Shown here: piece after piece, positions 1 through 13,010 of the stretch | Position numbering within the stretch: position 1 is the first letter of the stretch | Layout: each line of letters begins with the position of its first letter | Source of the DNA: Antedon mediterranea | Lineage: Eukaryota; Animalia; Echinodermata | Assembly: GCF_964355755.1 (NCBI RefSeq) | Contig: NC_092680.1 | Location: 14,083,045 to 14,147,044 of the forward strand | Direction: 5' to 3' | DNA: 64,000 nucleotides | The notes under the pieces: model-generated | The model's input: the letters and a program-made list of their open reading frames with translations, nothing else | What the model was told of the DNA's origin: nothing | Databases searched by the model: none | Position numbers and translations under genes: made by a program

Positions 1-2218
1 TAGACACCTGCTTATATTTAGATTTGGAAAGAAGCCAAGTTATTGCTGCAAATGTGTTGAACTACCCTTGATATTGATTGTTCACATAAACTAAAATTTA
101 TGATGAATTTAATAATAATAGATTTAACGTTTGTTTTTGATGTAAAGAATTTACCACTGAAAGGCTCAGAATTTACCACTAATACCACTCTTTTATATAG
201 ATATAAGCCAGATTTTTAAATCACTTTATTTGTGTGAATTACTCATCTTTATTCTTACATCAGAAATAAAATGTTTGTTTACAAAGTTTTGGTAGATTAT
301 TTGGTTTATCTTTTTAAATCTATATTTGTGAAAATCCAAAAGCCTTTGTTATCGCAACTAGAAACATATTTTTGTGTAAAACCGAAACTAAAAGTGCTTA
401 AAAGATAACTTTACCAGATATAGTTTATATAACAGCAACAACAACTCAAATATTAACTATGATTTAAATATTTAATATGTTGTTATGACACATTTTATGT
501 AAAAGAAATGTCAATATGTTCACTAGAATTTCATGTTATACATAACATTTTTTTTAAAGTACCTAGATTTTGAAAACTGATAGTATGTTAATGTTTTTTG
601 CACCACGCCTTTTTGTATATTGTATGTTGATACAAAATAATATTACTAAAACAGACGTAATTTTATGTAATTATTTTATCGAAAAATGGCGTAGTTCATA
701 CAGTTACCAACTGAGGGCACAATCGGTTTACTTCGTTTACATGGCTAATTTTTATTTTCGGCGATGTTCTTTTTTATTCTTTCTTATAATATTGATACAA
801 AATGGAATATGTACATTACTATAGTTTATAATTATGTTTTTGTCTGTACTATATTTAAACAAATATGTTTACTACTGATGAACAAAAATAATTGATAATA
901 AATCATTTTTCTGAAGAAAGAACAATAATTAAAACTGTTTACACCAAAAAGGCTTCTTTTTTTTCTTTTTTTTTAATATGAAAGTTAAAGCTATTTAAAA
1001 TGTTAGCTCTTGTTAGCTTTCCTGTTTAATATTCTCAAAGAAACTTGTATACTCATGCCTTTTAGAGGTTAAACAAAACGGTGTCTGTAATACAATTAAA
1101 TATAAAATAGTGCTACAAGCCACTGGAAACACTATATTAGCTTTGTTTACTCAATTCCATTACAATATTCACTACTTTTAGTTGATTGTGTTGAAAGCTA
1201 ACGAAGTGACAAAATGAGATCTTACTTGTGTTTCAATAGTCGCAAACTGTCCATTGAGTGTAGTTAGATTTGTCATAGTTGGATTATACAGCAATTATTT
1301 ATAAACAAGTACCTATTAATATTTATATGAGCCAGAAATAGAGAAAGTACAAAAAAAGGTAAGGAATGGCAACAACTATACATCATTCTATGGTTTATTG
1401 ATTTCTTTAATGTGTCCCCTGAGTGTCTTGTATCTAAATTTAGTTTATTCAAGAGAGCACATTGCCATTCCTTTTCATACATTACCTGTATCTACTTTGA
1501 TATTGGATTTTTTCAATCTAATTTGAAAATAATTTATCAAAATTTTATATATTTGGAATACCAACTAAAAAAATATATTATTATCATTTTTATGATTTAT
1601 TTTGTCATTTTAATTTCACATTATTGTTATTTACTTTGAGCAACAAAAAACAATGAATGTATTATTGTCTGTCATACAATGGCGTTTTGGTGAAATGTAA
1701 CTGTTATTTTTTAATATTTAGTGAAATGTGAAAGTGAAATTTTTTTCTATGTAAGTGAATATTTTATTCATTTTTAATGTATCTTAATTTTCATGTTTGT
1801 GATATAAAAAAAATCCTACTAAAATTAAAATAGAAATTTTAACTTCAAAACTTTTTAAAATCAAGAATGTATATATGTAAAAACACCATCACAAAGCTAT
1901 ACATTTTGTATTTTTGACTAGTATATTATTTAAATTATATTTACTTGTATATTTCTTTTTTATATAAAAGCAGTACTGTAGGTACCTGGATTTTTAGGGC
2001 AGCCTAGTAGATGGGATGTTTGTGTAGTAATAGTTCCTGAATTAAGACAGGATGTAATATGGACAGAAATGTTGTCAATATTTCCTTTTGAAACAAGTAA
2101 CACATAACATTTAATTCTTATAGGTACCAGTAATTTCTTAGTTGTGTACTTTTAATTGTGATTGAATAGTATAATAGCACACAACATTCACATTTTACAT
2201 ATATACTGCCCATTTTAA

Positions 2219-2843
2219 AGCCTCCTTCCCTACGTTTTTTAGATCTAATTTAAGATCACAAACTATATTTAATGTAAAAATAATACTATATGGTCCTATT
2301 GCGATAACTTTTTTCGTCTTTAAACGGTTAAAAATGTGAAAAATAAGTCGATTCTAATAATTATAGCGGCCCGCTATAAATCCCAAAATGCATTGTGCGC
2401 GGATTGATATTTTTGTTTTTCACCTGTAATTCGCCCACTTTTCAATCGATCGTGAGGCCAAAACAAATGGAAGACTCCTAACTTTTCAGCGAAAATACCG
2501 GGTTTTCCCCAATTTGTATCAACGGAGTCTGGCAAAAATAGAAAGACAATTAATGCAGCAACTATACAACGTCAGGCTAGGTATATAGCTAGCGTACAAT
2601 GTTCGTACGTTACCGATGTTTACCAGCTAGGCCTACAAAACTAAGCCTAGCTAGGCTAGGCCTAAGACCGTCCACGAGAGGTCGATCGCCGCGAGCTACT
2701 TAGTAGTGCATTGTTTCTCACTTTTTATCATAATTTACCATAAAACGTACATTTAAGACAAGGAATGACATGGTTTAATGTTTTTAAAGTGATATATATG
2801 TATTATTTTCCAAAAAACGTCCAAATTTGCAGGGAAGGGGTCT
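2219..2843. mobile_element. Non-autonomous DNA transposon (Kolobok-like, family A) with TTAA TSD
   Basis: ttaa|agcctccttccct ... agggaaggggtct|ttaa; inverted second copy at 38021-38887. Confidence 0.75.
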
Positions 2844-4055
2844 TTAAGTTTTTTTGATTGGATGGCTGAAAAGATTAATTTCAGAAACTGAAATTTTAAG
2901 CAAACTTTTGAGATCATTTTAATTATTGCTAAGGTATAAACGTATTCACTTCAATATTGGATTAAAAAGTAAGATATATACTTCCGCATTCAGATAATTT
3001 CACTCTATTTTTGCTAATTACTGTAATTACTTTTATTAACCTAACTTTAACTATAATACATTATAAAACTTTAGAACACCAACATAATTTATTTCAATGC
3101 ATTCTTATATAATTAGAAGCTATTGATTTGTGTTATTAGAAATTCTATAGTAGCCAGCTTGCTGCATAAGGATTAATTTTCACTTTCAGAATAGTTCTCT
3201 ATGTTTCATTCTGATGTCAATCAATAACAATAATTTTAATGTTCTACCTCCAGTATACCACAGCTATGTTAATCTTCATAAAGTTTCTCTTCAAAAGATT
3301 CGCTATCAAATGCTTGTATTTGTTATTTAAGCCTGTTTTCCTGTCGTTGGTTGAGTTACGTTGAGTTGCGTTGAATTGACAGGATTCAACAATTTTACAG
3401 GAAAAGGGGGTAAAAATCAATGTTAAAAATCGTTAAAATGTGCAATCGTTGAAGTTCAACTCGGTTTAACTTCAACGTTTCAATTACATCATTGCAGTTT
3501 GTGAAAAAAATAGGTACATGCTGACAATTCTTTAATTTTTATAATGCTACTACTATTTTTTTAACCTTTTTTGTACATTTTTAAGGTCTGATATTTCAAA
3601 ACAACAAGTGTAAGTCAAATTAAAATATAATATTTTATTATTACTTTAGTGTACGCCTAGATTAAGATATTAGTGAAAGCATGTTGAAGCATCAAAACAC
3701 GTAATTTTTTCAATTTTTACGCGGGCCCGGCTGCAACACTTTTTGTCGCATGTCCCTAGACTTTTGACAAAACATCACATTTTTTATTGATTTTAAACCA
3801 GAAATCGTGGACGTATATTTAATTAGGACACCAGTTATTGTTGTAAGTTATGCTAAATTTGTTCACATACATTTTGGAAATTGGAATTACTAAAGATAAC
3901 TTTTTTTATTACAACAATAGCATTTTGTCTGTTACAACTTGCAACCAAAACAGTTTCAGAATATGAGGATTCAAGGTACAGTAGAATCTACTGTTTTAAA
4001 CATTTTTTTTTTAAGTTATGTTTTATAAAAAAATACTTATTTTAATATTTTTCAG

Positions 4056-4148
4056 GTTTAAAATGCTGGAATATAGATGGTGAAGAGGCAAAGTTAGATG
4101 ATGCCATCTCGACATTAGCCAAAACTGAATTAAAAACCGATGATATAG
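4056..4148 (+). CDS. MAP1: MAP1 internal exon (GLKCWNIDGEEAKLDDAISTLAKTELKTDDIG)
   Basis: ttcag acceptor, gtatgt donor; resembles the MAP1B GIRSWDTN..NLDQEL segment. Confidence 0.8.
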
Positions 4149-7100
4149 GTATGTACATACAAAATGCATGTTCTGCTGTAGATTTTCCTTATTTCATAAA
4201 ATATATATTCAAATATATCAAATTATTTAATTAAATTTCAGTATATCACCGGGCTGTTTAGAATTCATGTTCTGTGCCTGATGTTTATATATATATATAA
4301 TATATATATATAATATAAATCCAAAGGCAAATTACTGAAAAAATAACAATGCTGTGGGTGGTATCAGTGGATGAGGAGAACATTTCAGTAACTACATTAA
4401 TTTTTTTTTTGACATAATAATTTTAATGTGTCAGATGATATTTTATTGTTGTTTTTCGTCATAAAACTTACAGGCTTTATAGTCAGTTAAATGTTGACCA
4501 AATTTTAACCATCTATTTTCAGGTAGACAAAGTCTTTGCCTTGTTGGAGAAAATCTGGGCATTGTGGTCCTGATCAGCCCTAACGCTGCCTATGTAAAAA
4601 TCGAATTACAAACACTGCTGTCGCATTCAGCTCAGCATAAATGCTTAATATATGGTGGGCATGTTGTTGAAAATAATGACTGGGTTCTCAGTGATGACAC
4701 GTTTAGTCTTCAAGATGTCATTGATGTTGTATCCGACGAAAATGTCCAGAGTGCTCTATGCAATGCTGGTGACGACAAGCCAACACTCTCTGTATCTGGT
4801 TGCCATTGGCCTGCTGGAACAGTATCAAAACAAGAATTTACTAAACTGTTATCTCTAACATTTAACCCAAGCGACATTAAGAATGATTCTCAAAGCATTC
4901 CACAACTAGTGGATGCACTCACCACACATGTGCAAGTTCCATCCCCATTTGACCAATTAGAGCCACCTACAATTGGTGTTGGTGTCAAGTGCAAGATCTC
5001 TAAGCCAACTGTTCTTATATTTCCAGCAGCTAAAGGTGATTGTGCATTCTTTGCTGTCAACGATTTTAGTATATTCATTGGAGGTGGTTATCCTGTAAAG
5101 CCATGCTTTTGGAAATTTGCCAAACACCTTCATAGAATAGATGCTATCCTATTGCCCCATATGCAACCTGATAGTGTAATCGGAATTAACAGCCTATTGC
5201 AACGTAAAATAGCAGAAGCTCAACTTCCAGAACCAGAAAGAGGAACAGATGAGTTTGATGAGTGGCAAATGAAATGCAATTCCCCAGAAGTAGGCGTTGT
5301 TTATGTCAATGCACCTGAAGGAAAGACTTCACCACAGAGTTTAGTTCTCAAGACTATCAGTAGTGGAAATAAAACAATGCAATTATTGAGAGATTTGGAC
5401 ATTGAACCAATAATGTGTATTTCAAGTAGTGGTAAAACAATTGAACCAATTACTCTTTATCAAAAAGTAGGAATTGGTAAGCTTGATATGTTCATACTTT
5501 CTCCACCTAAAGATTCAAAAGAACTAAAAGACTTTATACAGCAGTGGTCCAACAATGCTAAATTTTTCACAAAGGCCAAAACAGGCGTTAGAGTGAATGG
5601 CAAAGATGCAGATTTAGTTCTCTCAAATGTTGTATCTGTTTGTGCTCTCATTGTATGGCAGCCATATAACCCAAATGAAAATATAGTCCGAGTACTGTTC
5701 CCAGGAAATGCTCCACAGAACAAGATTTTAGAAGGATTAGACAGATGTAAAGATTTAGATTTTTTAAAACATGCAGATGTTACTAAAAACAAGCTTAAAA
5801 ATGGAGGGAAAGGGAAGTCCTTAAAGAAATCATCTGGCCGTACTTCAGCAAAGGGAAAAGTAAATGGTACAATACATGGATCAAAAAATAGTTTATCTGT
5901 TACAACTACTAATGATGCTCCACCACCAGAACTTGCAGATGGTGTATGCAATGATGGAATACATTGCAACACTCCACCCCCAGAGCTTGCTGATGGTGTC
6001 TGTAGAGATGGAAAACATTGCAACACTCCTCCTCCAGATGGCACATGTGATGATGGCATTCATTGTAACACTCCTCCACCTGGTGTCTGTGGTGATGGAA
6101 TCCACTGCAATACTCCTCCTCCAGATAACACATGTGGTGATGGCATTCATTGCAACACTCCTCCACCTGGTGTCTGTGGTGATGGAATCCACTGCAATAC
6201 TCCTCCTCCAGATAACACATGTGGTGATGGCATTCATTGCAACACTCCTCCACCTGGTGTCTGTGGTGATGGAATCCACTGCAATACTCCTCCTCCAGAT
6301 AACACATGTGGTGATGGCATTCATTGTAACACTCCTCCACCTGGTGTCTGTGGCGATGGAATCCACTGCAATACTCCTCCTCCAGATAACACATGTGGTG
6401 ATGGAATCCACTGCAACACTCCTCCACCTGGGGTCTGTGGTGATGGAATCCACTGTAACACTCCTCCACCTGGTGTCTGTGGTGATGGAATTAACTGTAA
6501 CACTCCTCCTCCAGAAAATACATGTGGTGATGGAATCCACTGCAACACTCCTCCAAATGGTGTCTGCGGTGATGGTATTCACTGTAACACACCACCTCCA
6601 GAGGATGAAGGTGATGTTGAAGTTCAAAAAGTATCTGAAAACAACATGCCAGATCCTGTACAGTTTACAAATCAACAGCCTGAAATGCAACCAACTGGCT
6701 ATAACCCAAATGGTGATGAAATTGTTGCACCTATTGCAACAAAAGTACCAATAGAATCTCCAGATGAAGGATACCCAGCCACTTCACCAGAGCAATATAC
6801 TGCAAACAGCATTGACACAGAAACTTCAGAAGAGCAGATGACAGACCAGTCTGTAGAAGACATTCCACATGACGAAGAAAATGAACCATTACTTTCAGAA
6901 AAACAGGAGAAAGTTGATGATTCACCAGGTGATAGTCAGGATTCAATTGCATCATATGATCCACAAGAGCCATGCCCATGGGAGCCTACAATAGAACTCT
7001 CTAAACAAAGTGCAGAACCTGCAGCTGGAGATCTTGAAGACATTGAAGCTGTATGTAGTGACCAAAAGCAGGAGGTACCAAGTCCAGCTGAGGAAGAAAC

Positions 7101-10100
7101 AACGCAACAACAAGTTGAAGTAGTTGCAACTGACATCACACATTCTGCTGGTAAATAGTTATTTTATTTTTACTTTTAAAATTAATTAATGCTATTAATA
7201 TTATTATTGTTTTGTTGAATGTGCCATTTAAATGTCAAATAATAGTTATCCACTTTGACACCAAAAAGTGGATAAAAAAATGTCCTGATCTATGTAAATA
7301 ATACATACGCTATATTCTTCATAGCCACACATATAAATACAGTACTGTATAGGTACCACAGCATTTTTTATGTAGGTCTATGTTTGAGGGCTATACACTT
7401 TTGACACATAAGTCACAAGTTTGTGGTAGAATGTAACCCTTTATTTTGTCATTTTATAAGTGAAAACATTTTTTTTTGTTTACTGAAGTGAATAACTTTA
7501 TTCAAACCTGATTTTAAAAATCTTAATTTTTCATGTTTTTGGGGACAATACCTCATCAATATTTTTTTATTATTTGTTTTCCAGATGAAGAAATTGAACA
7601 TGATGATTCATCTGATGCTGAATCACAAGCCTCACAAATTGAAGTTGAACAAGTTGACGATGTACAGGTGTCAGTAGAGTTAAAGGATAATGACTTTACT
7701 GGAGAAACCAGCACAGATGCAACTGAAGCATTTGAAAATACAGATCTAGAAAGTGGAACACAAGCCTCTCCTAAAGAAGAACCTGCTGAACTAGAAGAGG
7801 TTGTACAATTAGAAGCTATAAGAACCATTGAGAGTTCAAAAGATGAACAATCAGTTGAATCTGGGAAAATTAGACAGGATGTTCCAGATGAAACACACAC
7901 AACTCTTGGCGATACAACAGCAGAAAGCATTCAGTCCACACCACAACCTTCTGATACAATGGAAGCAACTAATGATGTAGAGAATATTACTGCCGAAGAT
8001 ACAAACCGAGGGTTTGAAGTACCAGTAGAAAACCTTCCTGAAGAGTCCAAAGATGATACTACTATGCAAGATACTGAGAATGTTGACAAAGAAGATGATA
8101 TGGTTCAATCTACACATGTGCCTAAACATGAAAATATACTAATAGACCATTTCCAGCAAAAAGAAGTAATAAAAGAAGAAAATGATGAGCAAGTTGGAGA
8201 CCAAATAGTGAAACAAGCAATTGAAAAAGACAATAAACAAGTTGAATATCTTTCTGAAGATTTATCCGACACTACTGACGTTGCTGTAGATGATGACCTT
8301 AAAGAAGATGTACCTAAGGAATCAATTGAGTGTGAACATGTAGAAGCAGTAGAAAAAGATGAAAATGTAATGGAGGAAACTAAACTTGAAAATATACAAG
8401 TTGAGGAAACAGATGAACAGAGTTCAAATAACCAATATGAGGAAGACCAAAAGGAAAAACAAACAACTGCATCTGATCTGTTAATGGAGCAAATAGTAAA
8501 TGCTGAAATAACAGAAGATAAAAAGATAGAAGAATCAACAGTTGAAATGAAAAAAGAAACAGAGCAGGAAGAACATGTAGATGAGGCAGAAAATGCAAAA
8601 GAACAAGAAATTAAATATGAGCACATTACAAGTGCTGTTGCTAATGAATTCAAATCTTTACCAGGTGAATCAGAAGTAAATGTAGACCAACTGAAGGGCA
8701 GTAAAAGTAGTGTGGAAGAAAGTGACACTGCCAATGAGGCTGAGACTGTGGAAGTAATATGTGATGAACCTGAAACTGAGGAACTACAGAAAGATGAATC
8801 CCAAACTGAGGAACTACAGAAAGATGAATCCCAAACTGAGGAACTACAGAAAAATGAATCCCAAACTGAGGAACTACAGGAAGATGAATCCCAAACTGAG
8901 GAACTACAGAAGGATGAATCCCAAACTGAAGAACTACAGAAAGATGAATCCCAAACTGAGGAACTACAGAAAGATGAATCCCAAACTGAGGAACTACAGA
9001 AAGATGAATCCCAAACTGAGGAACTACAGAAAAATGAATCCCAAACTGAGGAACTACAGGAAGATGAATCCCAAACTGAGGAACTACAGAAGGATGAATC
9101 CCAAACTGAAGAACTACAGAAAGATGAATCCCAAACTGAGGAACTACAGAAAGATGAATCCCAAACTGAGGAACTACAGAAAGATGAATCCCAAACTGAG
9201 GAACTACAGAAAGATGAATCCCAAACTGAGGAACTACAGAAAAATGAATCCCAAACTGAGAAACTACAGGAAGATGAATCCCAAACTGAGGAACTGCAGA
9301 AAAATGAATCCCAAACTGAGGAACTGCAGAAAGATGAATCCCAAAGTGAGGAACTACAGAAAGATGAATCCCAAACTGAGGAACTACAGAAAGATGAATC
9401 CCAAACTGAGGAACTACAGAAAGATGAATCTCAAACTGAGGAACTACAGAAAGATGAATCCCAAACTGAGGAACTACAGGAAGATGAATCCCAAACTGAG
9501 GAACTACAGAAAGATGAATCCCAAACTGAGGAGCTACAGAAAGATGAATCCCAAACTGAGGAACTACAGAAAGATGAATCCCAAACTGAGGAACTACAGA
9601 AAGATGAATCCCAAACTGAGGAACTACAGAAAGATGAATCCCAAACTGAGGAACTACAGAAAGATGAATCCCAAACTGAGGAACTACAGAAAGATGAATC
9701 CCAAACTGAGGAACTACAGAAAGATGAATCCCAAACTGAGGAACTACAGAAAGATGAATCCCAAACTGAGGAACTACAGAAAGATGAATCCCAAACTGAG
9801 GAACTACAAAGTAATGAAATTGAAACTGAGGAACTACAGAAAGATGAATCTCAAACTGAGGAACTTCAAATGGATAAACCTGAAACGGAGGAATTAAACA
9901 AATATGAATCCAAAAGTGAACATGGAACTATAGTACAGAGTAATGAACCTGAAGCTGTGGAAATACAGACAGATGAATACCAAAATAAGGGACTTCAACC
10001 TGAAACTGAGGATCTAGAGAAAGATGAATCCCAAACTGAGGAACTACAAGGTGAAGAAATAGAAACTGAGGTACTACAGGGTAATGGATCTGAAACTGAA

Positions 10101-13010
10101 GAACTACACACAGATAAATCCCAAACTGAGGAACTACAAGGTGATGAACCTGAAACTGAGGAACTACAAAAAGATGAATGCCAAACTGAGGAACATAAAA
10201 GCAAAACTGAGGAACATCAAATGGATGAACCTGAAACTGATGATCTAGAGAAAGATGAATCCCAAAATGAGGAACTACAAGGGGATGAATCTGAAACTGA
10301 AGAATCTCAAAATGAGGAACTACAGAAAGATGAATCCCAAACTGAGGAGCTTCAAATGGATGAACCTAGAACTGAGGAACTACAGAAAGATGAATCCCAA
10401 ACTGAGGAGCTTCAAATGGATGAACCTAAAACTGAGGAACTACAGAAAGATGAACCCCAAATTGAGGAGCTTCAAATGGATGAACCTAAAACTGAGGAAC
10501 TACAGAAAGATGAATCCCAAACTGAGGAGCTTCAAATGGATGAACCTAAAACTGAGGAACTACAGAAAGATGAATCCCAAACCGAGGAGCTTCAAATGGA
10601 TGAACCTAAAACTGAGGAACTACAGAAAGATGAATGCCAAACTGAGGAGCATCAACTAGATGAACCAGAAACTGAGGATCTAGAGAAAGACGAATCCCAA
10701 AATGAGGAACTACAAGGTGATGAAATTGAAACTGAGGAACTACAAGGTAATATATCTGAAACTGAGGAACTGCACACAGATACATCCCAAACTGAGGAAC
10801 TACAAGGTGATCAATCTGAAACTGAGGAACTACAGAAAGATGAATCCCAAAGTGAGGAACTTCAAATGGATGAACTTGAAACTGAAGAACTACACAAAGA
10901 TGAATCTGAAACTAAGGAACAGGAATTACCAACTGAAGGTACAGGGATAAATGAACCGCAAATTGTAAATGTTGATAAGTCTTATGATGAAGAACCAATT
11001 ATTGATGGGTCTTCTTTAAATGAGGATCAAGAAGAAAATGAAGTAGTAGTTATGGAAAATAAGAGAGAAGAAAATGATGCACTAACAGAACAAGTACTTG
11101 CAGAAGAACAAGTAGATGTTGAAGTTGTAAAAACAACAACAGTAGAAGAAGATATTATTGAACCACAAAGTGAGAAGTCATTAGAATCAGTTACAATAGA
11201 TGGAGTCACTGAAACAACTACTGAACATACATCAGATTTGGAAGAATTTGTTACAGAAAAAAGACAAGACATTGAAGTTGAAGACAAAATTGTAGTGGTG
11301 GGTGTTCCTGATGAGCATGCTCTGCCAGACAATATTGATGGTGTGTCTGGAAATTATACACCTGAACCTGTGCAAGAAAACCAAACTGTTTCAGAAACTT
11401 TACAAACATCAAGTCCAGTTCAACATTCTCCAACCCCTGATGAAATCCAAGCTAGAATGGATGAAATATCTGATGAAAATGAATTCGATAAAAAGACAAC
11501 TCTGGTTTTAGCACCAACTCCGCCCGTTTCTCCAGCCGCATCCCCTTCAAAGTCTCCAATAACTATTCTTGCTCCAGTAGTTATACCAGTTGCAGGAGAA
11601 AATAAAGAAGTGAAAGTAGATTCTGTTACAGAGACCAAGAAGTCTGCTAAAAAGACAACTAAGAAAGCACCACCAAAGAAAGATACATCTCAAAAACCTG
11701 CTGCTATTAAAGTCACAAAAACAGCAGCAACTAAAACTAAACCAGTAACCACATCAACTAAGAAAACTGATGATAAGAAAACTGATTTTAAGAAAATTGA
11801 TGTTAAGAAAGCTGATGCTAAGAAAACTGATGCTAAGAAAGCTGATGCTAAGAAAACTGATGCTAAGAAAACTGATGCTAAGAAAACTGATGCTAAGAAA
11901 ACTGATGCTAAGAAAACTGATGCTAAGAAAACTGATGCTAAGAAAACTGAAACTAAGAAAACTGATGCTAAGAAAACTGATGCTAAGAAAACAGAGTCTA
12001 AGAAAACAGAAGTTAAGAAAACTGAAGTTAAGAAAACTGATGCTAAGAAAACTGATGCTAAGAAAACAGAGTCTAAGAAAACTGATGATAAGAAAACTGA
12101 TGCTAAGAAACCAGATGTTAAGAAAACTGAAGTCATGAAAGAAGATAAAAAGTCTGATGATACAAAGAAAAATGTAGACAAGAAATCAACTGTAACTAAA
12201 AAGAAGGCAACCACAATAAAAGCTGAATCTTCAGCACTGAAGTCTAAGACAGAATCCAAGCCTTTAGTCAAGCCAACAAGTTTAAAATCAAACACTAAGT
12301 CAGCTTCTTCAAAAACAAATGATGCTACAAAGAAAGATGAGAAAAGGTCATTTGCTAGCCCTACCAAAGCATCTGAGAGGAGAAGTACTGTTGATCAAAC
12401 TGATAGTAAAAAGAAAGCTTCTTTAGCACCTACTGCAGCATCTAAAAAGGCTGAAACCAAACGTCCCACAACTGCACCTTCTGGCACAAATACAAAAAAA
12501 CCTGCTCCACAGAAGACATCTTTAACCTCCAAAAAGACAGACTCTAAAAAAGATAAGAAAGCTCCTACTAAACCTGCCAATGGAAGGCCAGGAAGTTCGA
12601 CTAAATCTACAGCAGCAGCTCCACCAAAGGAAAAACCGATTCCAGTAAGCGGCCCACCTGTCTATATTGATCTAACCTATGTTCCTAATCATGCAAGCAA
12701 AGACAATATCAACATGGAATTCTTTAGACGCATTAGAGCAAAGAATTATGTCATTAGTGGAAATAATAAAGGAAGTGATCAACCAAGCTTACAAGTTTTA
12801 GAAGCTCTTCTTGAGGCAAAGAACAAATGGGAAGATAATGATCTAGAAGTAACCGTAATTTCTACATATGATACACAGGTTCTTCAAGATTGGGAAAATA
12901 GTCGACAAGAAGAACTTGAAAAGGCCAAGATTGTTGTTTCGCAACCTGCCTGTTCAAGTGTTGTTCAAATGAAAGATGAAACATTCTACATGTACAAGGT
13001 TGAATTTTGA
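4056..13010 (+). CDS. MAP1: Microtubule-associated protein 1 (MAP1A/1B/1S, futsch-like), 5'-partial spliced gene; exons 4056-4148, 4523-7150, 7585-13010 (~2715 codons in window)
   Basis: N-terminal MAP1 conserved region (LKCWNID, VVLISP, LILxDDTFS, VPSPFDQLEPP, PTVLIFPAAKGDCAFFAVNDFSIFIGGG, CFWKFAKHLHRIDAILLPH, EPITLYQKVGIGKLDMFILSP, RVLFPGNAPQNKILEGL) and C-terminal light-chain domain (PVYIDLTYVPNH...EFFRRIRAKNYVISG...LEALLEAKNKW...YKVEF*). GT-AG introns, both phase 1. Confidence 0.93.
4523..7150 (+). CDS. MAP1: MAP1 exon: N-terminal conserved domain + Cys/His repeats
   Basis: ttttcag acceptor, gtaaat donor; in frame with ORF 4564-7158. Confidence 0.92.
5941..6600 (+). repeat. Coding tandem repeat, 15 x (GV/DNT)CGDGIHCNTPPP, alternating 42/45-bp units
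   Basis: Read directly in DNA and protein. Confidence 0.97.
7585..13010 (+). CDS. MAP1: MAP1 terminal exon (5.4 kb): acidic repeats, KKTDA repeats, light-chain domain
   Basis: ttttccag acceptor; frame of ORF 7533-13010; stop TGA after KVEF. Confidence 0.92.
8775..10915 (+). repeat. Coding 30-bp minisatellite (TEELQKDESQ): 34 near-perfect units 8775-9794, degenerate and 60-bp variants to ~10915
   Basis: actgaggaactacagaaagatgaatcccaa repeated. Confidence 0.97.
11760..12134 (+). repeat. Coding 15-bp repeat, 25 x KKTDA-like pentapeptide
   Basis: aagaaaactgatgct repeated. Confidence 0.96.

Noticed and set aside
1-4055. First coding exon(s) of MAP1 and short ORFs at 570-1639
   Set aside because: No exon with MAP1 N-terminal similarity found; the ORFs look like random AT-rich intron sequence
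5460-6754. Overlapping ORFs in other frames/strand over the Cys/His repeat (e.g. HHH/EEE/CC-rich 5909-6469)
   Set aside because: Shadow frames of a stop-free tandem repeat within the MAP1 exon
7533-7584. ATG at 7533 as the start of a separate 1825-aa gene
   Set aside because: Lies in an intron (MITE fragment + polypyrimidine tract); the phase-1 splice joins it to the upstream MAP1 exon
8761-12367. ORFs MNPKLRNYRK..., RKLML... and antisense FLASV...
   Set aside because: Alternate-frame readings of MAP1 coding repeats
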